Below, piece after piece: positions 11,551-22,005 of a DNA stretch of 26,955 nt. The notes under the pieces were generated by a model. The model was not told the origin of the DNA. It did not search any database and saw nothing but the letters and a program-made list of their open reading frames with translations. A program made the position numbers and the translations under genes. This stretch comes from Octopus sinensis (lineage: Eukaryota): positions 1 to 26,955 of the forward strand of contig NW_021834714.1 in assembly GCF_006345805.1 (NCBI RefSeq), written 5' to 3'. How positions within the stretch are numbered: position 1 is the first letter of the stretch; each line of letters opens with the position of its first letter.

Positions 11551-11951
11551 ACCCAGAAATCGAAAACAGAGAGTTGCTTATTTGCAAAAAAAAAAAAAAA
11601 AAAAAAAGAAATATAAAATGTGACTTCATTGACCGAGGTTACCGTGGTCTTTTCCGTAGGCTTTTCTTTCCACGGGTAAACCTCACCTGTCCTCCCCTTT
11701 ACACTTCATATTGACATTTCTGTGATAACGATCCCTATTGATCAATTTTTTTTCTCCTCTCCCCCTTTTTTTTTTTTTTTTTTTTTCTTTAACCCCCCCT
11801 TTTTTTTGTCCTCTTCTCTCCTTTTACGATCCCTTTTGATCGAAACTCCCCCTTCCTTTTTTTTTTTTTTTTTTTTTTAAACCTTCAAAAGAAAAGCTCT
11901 ACCTTGTAATTTGTTCTATCTGTGTGCAGCCCTGTGTGGCTAATAAAGAAA

Positions 11952-12038
11952 CTATCTATCTATCTATCTATCTGTCTGTCTATCTATCTATCTATCTATC
12001 TATCTAACTATCTATCTATCTATATATCTATCTATCTA

Positions 12039-12081
<43 letters not shown>

Positions 12082-12127
12082 GTCCGTCTATCTATCTAAC
12101 TATCTATCTATCTATCTATCTATCTAA

Positions 12128-12173
<46 letters not shown>

Positions 12174-12280
12174 GTCTGTCTGTCTGTCTGTCTATTTATC
12201 TATCTATCTATCTATCTGTCTGTCTATCTATCTATCTATCTAACTATCTATCTATCTATCTATCTATCTATCTCTATCTA

Positions 12281-12315
<35 letters not shown>

Positions 12316-12320
12316 GTCTG

Positions 12321-12395
<75 letters not shown>
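11952..12395. repeat. (CTAT)n array with CTGT/CTAA variants, right flank of the Tx1-like LINE
   Basis: Direct inspection; same strand polarity as 7024-7206. Confidence 0.95.
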
Positions 12396-13443
12396 GTGAG
12401 TTGTTAAAAGTGGACACGAAATTACTTCATGTTGACTGCCTTTGATAAACTGTATTAAAACCAAAATCAAAATTGTCCAGTTTCCTAACACGCTGTGTCT
12501 TTAATGTAGGATTTTAATTTCTCACTAGGTTTAGTTATTTTTAACTCAACTATTTTCTATATTTTCTCTATTTCTCTTCGATTTTGCTATGAAGTTATGT
12601 TTCACCATCTCAGCTAAAACTCTATGTTTCTTCTTTCATTACTAAATTATCTTCTTTCTGGCGAAAATATCTAACGCAGTTTTGGTGCAAATACAACAGC
12701 AGCTATGTCGCAAGTCATTCTTCAGTCCAGCACTTATTAGGAAAAGAGGTTTAATTACAGCCATTTCAAGGAATACGTTTGCACACGTCCTTTGTGCAAG
12801 TTCGGACAAAGATTTAATCGTGCATGTACGTCCGTAACCACCGCCACAGATGTTGAAGGCCCAGCAACGCAAGCTTTCAGCCTATTAGTTGCTCATTCTT
12901 GTTGCAAAGCAACAGAGTCGACTTGACAGAAATCTAATTTATTTTATCATTTCATTACATTCTATTTTCCCATTCCACTTCTTCTTAAATTTCACAAACT
13001 GTCTCTACTCACCTTCTATATCATTGTTACTTACTTAATTCTCGCTCATCGATGACAGTTTCACACAAAGAATATGCAATATATTTGTGATATGATTCTA
13101 GTCATGTCGAAGTCTTTTAATATCTTTCAAATTACTTCATTGACAAGCCCCAGCATGGCCACAGCTCATAAGCTGAAACTAGAATCAATCAGAATCAATC
13201 AATCATGCATTTGTTTTCAATTCTTCCGTCTCTAAAAGTTAAAATTGGTTCTACCATTATCCAGCACATGTACCACTTTGTTAATCCTCCATGAATGAAT
13301 ACGTAGCGATAATCTCATGATGTTGCATCCTCAGTTAAATATTCGCCTGTTATCATAATTATGTCAACTGTTCATGATTAAACCATTATCTATATGTCTG
13401 CTTTATTGCGTCATTAGACATTCTTAGTCTGCAATAGATAAAG

Positions 13444-13620
13444 GACAGTCACCAGAGGCTCGACGTCATCCTGGGGGATGCAGAGGGTCTGGCACGGAAC
13501 CACCAGCAATGGGGATCACTGCTGAGCCTGGTCGACTCTACGTTCGATGACGCCTCGGGGAGCTCTTGCCTGGGATGGACCATCAAGCGAGAGCATGAAG
13601 CAAACAAAACAAGTCAGGCA

Positions 13621-13663
<43 letters not shown>
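13444..13663 (+). mobile_element. Probable RTE-clade LINE 3' end with (TAG)n tail
   Basis: The frame from 13444 reads DSHQRLDVILGDAEGLARNHQQWGSLLSLVDST...QA*. This resembles the RTE C-terminal 'AE.LA.DR..WR.L' pattern and runs into (TAG)n. Confidence 0.55.
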
Positions 13664-13664
<1 letters not shown>

Positions 13665-13706
13665 ACAAGCTAGAGCAGCAGCAGTAGCAGCAGCAGCAGC
13701 AGAAGC

Positions 13707-13740
<34 letters not shown>

Positions 13741-13779
13741 ACAAGCTAGAGCAGCAGTAGCAGCAGCAGCAGCAGAAGC

Positions 13780-13812
<33 letters not shown>
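13665..13812 (+). repeat. Tandem duplication of an about 76-bp unit (acaagctagagcagcag...(GTA)n)
   Basis: The unit starts at 13665 and again at 13741. Confidence 0.85.
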
Positions 13813-13813
<1 letters not shown>

Positions 13814-13817
13814 TAGT

Positions 13818-14028
13818 AAGCGGTGGGATGGCAGAATCCTTAACACGCCGGACAAAATGCCTAGCGATATTTCGTCCGTCTTTACGTTCTCAGATCAAAT
13901 TCCGCCGAGGTCGACCTTCCCTTTCATCTTTTCGGAATCGATAAAATAACTACCAGCTGAACACTGGATCGATATAATGGACTAGCCCCACCCCCAAAAT
14001 TTCAAGCCTTTTGCCTATAGTAGAATGG

Positions 14029-14030
<2 letters not shown>
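13818..14030 (+). mobile_element. SINE family B copy ending in a long (ATT)n tail
   Basis: tggcagaatccttaac, cagatcaaattcc, central block, gcctatagtagaatggattatt. Confidence 0.85.

Positions 14031-14106
<76 letters not shown>
14029..14106. repeat. (ATT)n array
   Basis: Direct inspection. Confidence 0.95.
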
Positions 14107-14109
<3 letters not shown>

Positions 14110-14750
14110 TAGTTTTATTTTTATAGCGTTCTTTCACTTCACTACCAAGCGCTGCTCTGTGTGCCTTGGTTATGTGCTGTGGTTTGCTGCGATGCTTTAT
14201 GGCTACTGTATTGAAAGTATTTTGGGTAAGATGTGTGCAGTGCCCAGTAGTGCAATTTTCTGTATGTTTTATATATTTGTAAGTCCTGGTGTTTTTGTTA
14301 TGTATTTGCCTGAATATTTTATCATACCTAATGCGCCTACTATGATAGAATTGTTTCTGTTTTTAAACTCCACAAGTGAGCTACCTCTATTTCCAGGTCT
14401 TTGTATTTTGGAAGTTTCTCCATTTCTTTTAGAGACACGTTGTCATCTGCTGGTATTGATACATCAATTAGAAAGCATTTTTTCTTCATGATTTCTGACA
14501 ACTATATCTGGCATATTGGCCTTAATTTCTCTATTTCTGTGTATTGGCATTTCCCAGAGTATGGTTGCTTTCTCGTTTTCTGTGACCATTTCTGGTGTGT
14601 GACTGTACCATCTCTTTTCTGTTGATATTCCATAGTGTTGGCATAGCTTCCAGTGTATGTAGGTCCCAACTCTATCGTGTCTGTGAATATATTCCTTCTT
14701 AGCCAGGACTGGGCAGCCAGGGATAATATGATTTATTGTTTCGCGTTCAC
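14107..14750 (-). mobile_element. R4/Dong-clade (RLE-type) non-LTR retrotransposon, 5'-truncated 3' fragment
   Basis: Minus-strand translation: ETINHIIPGCPVLAKKEYIHRHDRVG...MPDIVV...CFLIDVSIP...KYKDL...IIVGALG...LLGTAHIL..LSIQ* (stop at 14203-14205). This is the knuckle, RHD and PD..D..K nuclease pattern, with small frameshifts. The 3' UTR ends in (AAT)n. Confidence 0.85.
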
Positions 14751-14819
14751 ATCCGCCGAATCGTGCTCTTCTCTTGTCTGTTTACCTTTGTGAAGAGTTA
14801 CGTCAATCCTTTTTAAAAT

Positions 14820-14826
14820 ATTATTA

Positions 14827-14884
<58 letters not shown>
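14820..14884. repeat. (ATT)n array
   Basis: Direct inspection. Confidence 0.95.
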
Positions 14885-14886
<2 letters not shown>

Positions 14887-15118
14887 GTTTGACTTTTGCT
14901 TTACATTTGAACAAGCTGGCTCCAAGTCTCACCCACAGACCTCAAGAGACAACAAATTGGAAGTTCATGTTGGTGTTATACCTAGGGTGCCATATATTTG
15001 GTTTTGTACTTAGTGTTGTACTAGTGAGTGTCTAAAAAAACCATCCGAAAATTATGTTTGTTTTAAAACTTGAAATTACATAGAAAGTATTTTGCGTATA
15101 TTATTATCATTATTATTA

Positions 15119-15162
<44 letters not shown>

Positions 15163-15198
15163 TTCACCCGAAGTGTCTTGTACCAAAATTTGAAATCA

Positions 15199-15410
15199 TA
15201 AGGCGCCGAACTATTAGAATTGTTAGTATGTCGGACAAAATGCTTAGCGGCATTTTGTCCGTCTCAATGACCTGAGTTCAAATTCTGTCAAGGTCACCGG
15301 AGTTGATAAAATACGTACCACTCATGTACTGGGGGGGGGGGTTGATGTAATCGACTCTTCTTCTCTTCCGAATCTGCTGACCTCATGCCAAAGTTTGAAA
15401 CCAATATTTA
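15199..15410 (+). mobile_element. SINE family B, diverged copy, preceded by the 3' stub of another copy and a (TTA)n array (15100-15160)
   Basis: aaggcgccgaac..., tgagttcaaattc, tail gccaaagtttgaaacc. Confidence 0.75.
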
Positions 15411-17059
15411 CTATCAAATTCATTGCAATTCAGATTAACTGAGCTTACGTATAAAGTCGGTTTTGTAACTCAGGGTTTAGGATCAACATCATAAGCAGCA
15501 ACAACAACAACAGCAGAAGTGGCGGTAATTGTATCATTATCACCGTCTCTTTACAAATTTCTCGAAACAGCTCGGTGATGACGCCATAATGTTGAAGAGA
15601 ATATAATTACCCATAATACACCTCAATCGCCAGATAAACCGTATCTACATCGATGGTGAAAATGGGGAAAAAATAGAAAGTTATCGAAGAATCATTTTCT
15701 ATGAATAAATATCCATTTATTGACCGGTGTTCAATGAAGATGTACACCGATCAATATATATCCATATATCGAGCAATATCTTTGTTAATTAGTTTACATA
15801 GGTGCATCAGTCCCCAGGACTTCGAAGAGAATGGAGTAAGATTAATTGTGAAATGTTATTTATTTATTCAGTTGTTTATTTTATGTTTTAGTCAAGAGAG
15901 GAAGGTTATCACTAAGGATCTTTCTTTTAAGCCTTTACATGCATGAGAAAGAGAGAGAGGAGGAGAGAGAGAGAGAGACAGATAGACAGACAGAGACAGA
16001 AGAGAAGACAGGCAGAGAAGGAGAGAGAGCAACTTACCCTCAGATCGAATCTTCCACAAATAGCAAAGATTCAGTGATCACGCATCCCTATCTCTTATCA
16101 TTTTGCTATTTTTCACTTTTCAAATCCTACATCAATCTCCCTTGTTACTCTAAAAATTCTTCTCCTCTGGAACCACAACCCTGTCCACAGAATCCTCTGT
16201 CCTCAACTTACATCAATTCAAAGAGATCGATTGCAATAATATTGACACAATACATAACTGAGTGGTAAAGAAGTCCAATTTTCAACTTCGTTGTTTCGGG
16301 TTCATTCCCACCGTACAGTACCTTTAGCGAATGAGCTTGGCAATAAATAACAAAAGATTGAATTGGCAGATTTGTTAAAGCGTTGGAAAGAACAACTCTT
16401 AGCATTCGTTCCGACTCCTTGCTCTCTGAGTTCGAATACGACTTAATGAACTTTATTGTTTATCTTTCCTGGGGACGATAAAACCTTAGCAGCAAACTGT
16501 TGCGGTATTCTGACTCTACTATTCGCGCCCTGACTGCTCAACCCCAGCGATAACACGGGTGCCGAGCTGAATCGACCCAAGTCAGCACCCTCTCTTTTTG
16601 ATAATATATATCGCTGATGTGGATAGAGAGGCTTTGCATGATATGCAACTGACAACCTTTCTGAAAAAAAATCTTTCTGTAGCTTGAAGATGCATGTGCA
16701 GATGTATGGTTCCACTTGAGCGACGGAAGCCTTGAGGCCTCGGGTTAACAAACATCATGCGAGCAAAATTTAGTCAACGAAAGCTGTATGGCTCCTATTT
16801 GTCGGATTGTAACTAATTTCTGTGGTACACTTCATTTGTCGCCTGGCTTAATATCCTCAATGTCATTTACTAATCTAAAGCAGAGTTCACGCTGTAGGAA
16901 ACATTTTGGAAAGGTCTCCAGGTCTTCAGTCTAAAGATAACTTTTCCCTCTTCGAGGCCCTCTAATGGCTCATGGATACTACCTTTGTCAATCTAACTGC
17001 AGGGGCAGCTTAAGACAAGAGAAAGAATAGATCTTAGTATCGGAGTCAAACCACTCATA

Positions 17060-17281
17060 TAGAAGAGGGTACTAAAAAGTGACTGGCTTTGGGTGAAAGA
17101 AAATACAAGGGTATTAGGTAATTATGAGTTTATTTAACATAATCCCCTCTCAGATTCACACACTTTTTGCAGCTGTCCCTCGGGTTTTTTTAAGCCCTAT
17201 AAAGGAACTCGGATGGTTGAGCCACCAGTTAGGCCTTTCGCGACACCTTTAGAACCTGGAACTTTGCAGCATCCCTTCGTA
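17060..17281. mobile_element. Mariner-type MITE, second copy, TA target-site duplication
   Basis: Inverted ends gaagagggtactaaaaagtgactggcttt / agaacctggaactttgcagcatcccttcg. The internal cccctctcagattca is shared with 4162-4369. Confidence 0.8.
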
Positions 17282-17344
17282 AGAACACACATGCACGCGT
17301 GCACAATCGCACGCACAAGCACTCACAAGTTCATACAGACTGAC

Positions 17345-17509
17345 AACCAAATACATACATACACATACATACATACATACATACATACATACATACATAC
17401 ATACATACATACATACATACATACATACGTACATACATACACACCTCCTTTACCAGGCAGATACCCGTTAATACATATGCGTAAATAGATCGATAGATAG
17501 ATAGACATG

Positions 17510-17596
<87 letters not shown>

Positions 17597-17597
17597 G
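17345..17597. repeat. (TACA)n array followed by (GATA)n array
   Basis: Direct inspection. Confidence 0.95.
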
Positions 17598-17631
17598 CAA
17601 ATATGTATGTATGTGTGTATGTATATATATA

Positions 17632-18042
17632 TATATTCTTTATTCTTTTATTCTTTTGATGACGGTCATGCTGGAGCACCGCATTAAAGGGCTTTTTATT
17701 CAAAGAGATCAACCCCAGAACTTATTCTTTGTAAGAATAAAATAATTTTATCGGTATCTTTTGCCGAACCGTTAAGTTACGGGGACGTAAGCACACCGAC
17801 GCCGGTTGTCAAAAGGTGATGGTAGGACAAACAGACACGAACACACAAACACGCACACGCACACACACACACACGCACACACATATACACACATATATAT
17901 ACGACGGACTTCTTTCAGTTTCCGTCTACCAGATCCACTCACAAGGCTTGGGCGGCCCAGCCCAAGGTGCCACAGAGAGGGACTGATCCAGGAACCATGA
18001 GACTGGGAAGCAAGCTTCTTACCACACAGACACGCCTGCTCC
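17632..18042 (-). mobile_element. SINE family A, near full length
   Basis: Reverse complement aligns by eye to 2979-3412 across head, ggaaactgaaagaa block, microsatellite, 3' body and A-rich tail. Confidence 0.85.
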
Positions 18043-18060
18043 TACGTACATACATACATA

Positions 18061-19272
18061 GCGGCGTTAACACCAAAGGTATCACCCACATCGTAAGCAG
18101 TTGTCCGAAAATGTCTTCACTGTATTTTTTTTTCTAGCACTCCGTCGGTTACGACGAGAGGGTTCCGGTTGATCCGATCAACGGAACAGCCTGCTCGTGA
18201 AATTAACGTGTATGTGGCTGAGCACTCCACAGACACGTGTACCCTTAACGTAGTTCTCGGATTTATTCAGCGTGACACATAGAGTGACAAGGCCGGCCCT
18301 TTGAAATACAGGTACAACAGAAACAGGAAGAAAGAGTGAGAGAAAGTTGTGGTGAAAGAGTACAGCAGGGATCACCACCATCCCCTGCCGGAGCCTCGTG
18401 GAGCTTTAGGTGTTTTCGCTCAATAAACACTCACAAAGCCCGGTCTGGGAATCGAAACCACGATCCTACGACCGCGAGTCCGCTGCCCTAACCACTAGGC
18501 CATTGCGCCTCCACCATCACTGTATTACCTGTCGATGAGACATGATGTTGTAACTAGGACACTCTATAATGAAATCCGTCGGAAGGATAACCCCGTGGAC
18601 AAAGAAATAAGAAGCCACAGAACGGTAGAAGCCATAGCCACTCGTAATAAAAAGGAAACCTGGTAGAATGTCCTAGTAATAATAAAATGTAAGCAAAACA
18701 GACCCGATATAATGGTTTGGGATAAAGAGAAACTGTGCACAGTTGTGGAAATTAGCTGCCCATAAATCTGAAGATCAGTGAAAAAGAGAATGCCTACGCT
18801 GAACTATTGAGAAATCTGCAGTTACTCTACCTAGGTTATAAGTTCAGGTTTATACCTGTAATTATTGGGGGCACTGGGATATGTAACGTACTGCCTAGAT
18901 ACCAATCTTGAGAAATTAGGCTTCTCAAAACCAGAAAGGAGAGAGCTAATTTGAAGACTACAGATCCAATCCATCACTGGAACTGTAAAATTTTGTAAAA
19001 CTTTCCAGAAGCTTATCATTTAAATATATATGAGCATGTCTATATATGTAGCTATATGCATGAAAATACATACATAAAACAAAACATACAAAGCTGTACA
19101 TATGCATACATATGCATACATACATACATACGTGCATACATATTGACATACATGTATAAATGCAAAAATACCGTTGTTGATGTTGAAATTCCAATGAAGG
19201 CGCCTTAGATCTAGGTTGGAAACCGGCTCTTTCTCTATTGGCAAGAAATCTTGAAATAAAACTGAACAATGA
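18061..19272 (+). mobile_element. Second R4/Dong-type RLE retrotransposon fragment (different family), interrupted by a SINE
   Basis: With the SINE removed it reads GVNTKGITHIVSSCPKMSSLYYLSMRHDVV...NRPDIMVWDKEKLCTVVEISCP...KENAYAELL...IPVIIG/ALG...KLII* (stop at 19021-19023). It has internal stops and frameshifts. Confidence 0.8.
18127..18516 (-). mobile_element. tRNA-derived SINE family C, full length with 10-bp target-site duplication
   Basis: A box TGGCCTAGTGG (plus 18492-18502), B box GGTTTCGATTCC (plus 18448-18459), oligo-A tail, and TCACTGTATT duplicated at 18117-18126 and 18517-18526. Confidence 0.9.
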
Positions 19273-19779
19273 CATACGTACATGCACATACGTACGTACG
19301 TACGTACGTACGTATGTATGTATGTATGGATGGATGGATGGATGGGTGGATGGATGGATGGTGGATGGATAGATGGACGGATGGATGTATACGCACAAAC
19401 GCTCATACACAACCACATACACAACTTATTGAAACTGTAGTTAAGAAAATTTCAATATTTCATTTTTGCGGGGTTTTTTTTTTTTTTTTTGTTTTGTCAT
19501 TTTATAATTTTTATTCTGATTATTTTATATTCTATATCTTTATATCTTTCTTTAATTTTATTGTCGCTCATTATTTATCTATTTATTTATGTTTCCTTTA
19601 TTCATTTTTCATTTATTTATTTATTTATTTATTTATTCTATTTGTTTCGAATCCTAACTGAATAATTTACGTTAATATTCTTTGGTCCGCACAGAACATT
19701 CTCCTCAAAATCCTCCTACTCCTCTTTTTACCCCCCCCCCTTTTCTCGCACACACACACTCTCACTATTTCCCTCGTTT

Positions 19780-20750
19780 CTCCTCCTCCTCCTCCTCCTC
19801 CTCCTCCTCCTCCTCCCTGTCACTCAGATACTCTTTTATTATTCCTGTCCTCACCCTCAACCTCCACCTTCCTCTCTCGCTATTGATGCATCACCACTAC
19901 TGCCACCACCACCACCACCACCACCACAACAACAACAACAACAACAAAACCACTTCAGCTCCAGCCAGGACCACCACAACAACCAGGAACACCATCACCA
20001 AAACTACATCACCACAACTAATACCACCACCAACAACAACAAGACCACCACCACAACCTCCAATACCACCATCAACACCTCTACGACCACTACAATTACC
20101 ACGACTAGCACTAAACATTACGACCACTAACAACCTCACCACCATCACCACCACCACAACCACAAACACTACCACCACCATTGCAACTACCACCACCCAA
20201 AACATCACGACCATTAACTCCTCCATCATCATCACCTTCCCCACCACCATAATCACCGCCTCAAACACTACCACCAAATTACCACCACCACCACCACCAC
20301 CACAAACAACACAACATGTACCCGCACCACCACCATCGCCACAACAACCACCATCATCAGCATCACCCACACCACCACCACCACTGCCACAGTCTCTACC
20401 ATCAAAAACATCGCTGCAAACATTCCAACACCATCACCTCCACCACAACCCCCACCACCACCACTGCCACAAACTACAACATCACAAACACTGCGACAAA
20501 CATCATACTACTACAACCACAACCACCACAACCGATACCATCATCACCACAAACACCACCACCACCACCACCACCACCATCATTGTCACAGACTCTACTA
20601 TCACAAACACCGCGCAAAAACATCCCAGCACCACCACCACCACAACCACCACCACAACCACTACATACAGCATCGTTACACCACCACCCCACACACACAC
20701 ACACCTCAACACTACCTCCGCCGCCACTACCTCCGCCGCCGTAACCTCTT
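19780..20750. repeat. Cryptic (CCA)/(CAA)/(CAT) trinucleotide low-complexity tract
   Basis: Strongly C/A-rich, G-poor plus strand; several frames on both strands are open. Confidence 0.85.
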
Positions 20751-21049
20751 ATACGACATCTGTTGCAAAGCAAAATTTCAGAAGGTGTGCTCAGGATTTA
20801 TCTGCTGCCAATCTCCGAATAAAACGTTATGTCTCTCGCTCACTAACATTTGCATTTAAATGGCTCCAAAGACATCTGATCTGATCCCTTGCATTGTTGG
20901 CGATTTTCTTAAGCAACATTCTGAAGTGGAATAAAACCAATAAAAACTCGCGCACGCAGCCACACACACAGACACACACACATACAGCGCACATATTCAT
21001 ATATCTACCAATATGTGTGTGTAAGCGCGTTTATAAAACAAATACGTAT

Positions 21050-21111
21050 ACATAATATATTAAAGACAATATTGTGTTGTATGTATGTATGTAATAATAT
21101 ATATATAATAT

Positions 21112-21146
<35 letters not shown>

Positions 21147-21736
21147 GTATGTATATATTATATATATGTTATACTTATTACACACATACACACATACACA
21201 CATATACATACATGCATATATATAAATACATAAATATACACATAAGTATATATAGGTATAAATTCATAGATATATATATATTTATATACGTCAATGAGAA
21301 AGGGTGTTTGTATATATATTATATATACATATATGCCTTCTTATGTGTGCATGTGTGAGTGTGTGTAAACTCACGCACACACACACACACATATATACAT
21401 ATGTATATATGTATGTAAGTATCGATATATATTCAGAGACTCAAAAATATCGATATATGTATATAGGTGCGTGTGTATACATACATATGTATATTATATC
21501 ATTTATCATATACATTAGATATATATTATACATACATAAGTTATATATATAACAATATATGTATGTGTTTACATTCAGAATTTTATGCACATACGAATAT
21601 ATGTATACATATATATATACACATATATGCATATTTCTATACATGAATATATATACATATATATATTTATATATATATATATAAATAAATATATATATAC
21701 ATATACATATATATATTTACATATATATATATATAC

Positions 21737-21795
<59 letters not shown>
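21050..21795. repeat. Degenerate (TA)n/(CA)n tract
   Basis: Direct inspection. Confidence 0.9.
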
Positions 21796-21956
21796 GCTAT
21801 TAATTTGTTACAAATTCGACATTTGCAACCTTAATATTGATTTTAAGCATCCAATCTTTAAACTATTCGCAGTATGCGACACGTTAGTTTTTGTTCCCTT
21901 CTCTCTCTCTCTCTCTCCCCTCCTCTCCTTCTCTCCACTCTCTCTTCACTTCTCTA

Positions 21957-22005
<49 letters not shown>

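Larger units (their letters stand above)
7207..11951 (+). mobile_element. L1/Tx1-clade non-LTR retrotransposon, 5'-truncated within ORF1, 3' end intact
   Basis: Two-ORF layout with APE endonuclease, RT and CCHC knuckle. The 3' UTR is pyrimidine-rich, with AATAAA at 11942-11947 immediately before (CTAT)n. L1/Tx1-style motifs: PGYWKLN, DQSKAFDRVDHRYL, LSLKGRAEVAN. Confidence 0.9.

Noticed and set aside
7200-11960. Target-site duplication for the Tx1-like element
   Set aside because: It cannot be defined because both flanks are the same tandem repeat.
12642-12872. 76-aa minus-strand ORF, with an open frame on the opposite strand as well
   Set aside because: No recognisable motif or convincing splice signals, and the length is within chance.
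13818-14750. Idea that the Dong-like element mobilises SINE-B because both associate with TAA/TTA repeats
   Set aside because: The polarity is opposite: SINE-B has (TTA)n on its sense strand and the Dong-like element has (TAA)n. Their 3' ends are also not similar.
14885-15000. Possible 3' UTR of a third TAA-targeting element between (ATT)n arrays
   Set aside because: There is no coding remnant or second copy in the window to support it.
16255-16500. Degenerate SINE-A and SINE-B head-like sequences
   Set aside because: Only box-like remnants are visible and they are too diverged to delimit.
18440-18516. Possible tRNA gene on the minus strand
   Set aside because: It has A and B boxes, but the acceptor stem does not close and it continues into a SINE body with a tail and target-site duplication. 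It is a SINE head.
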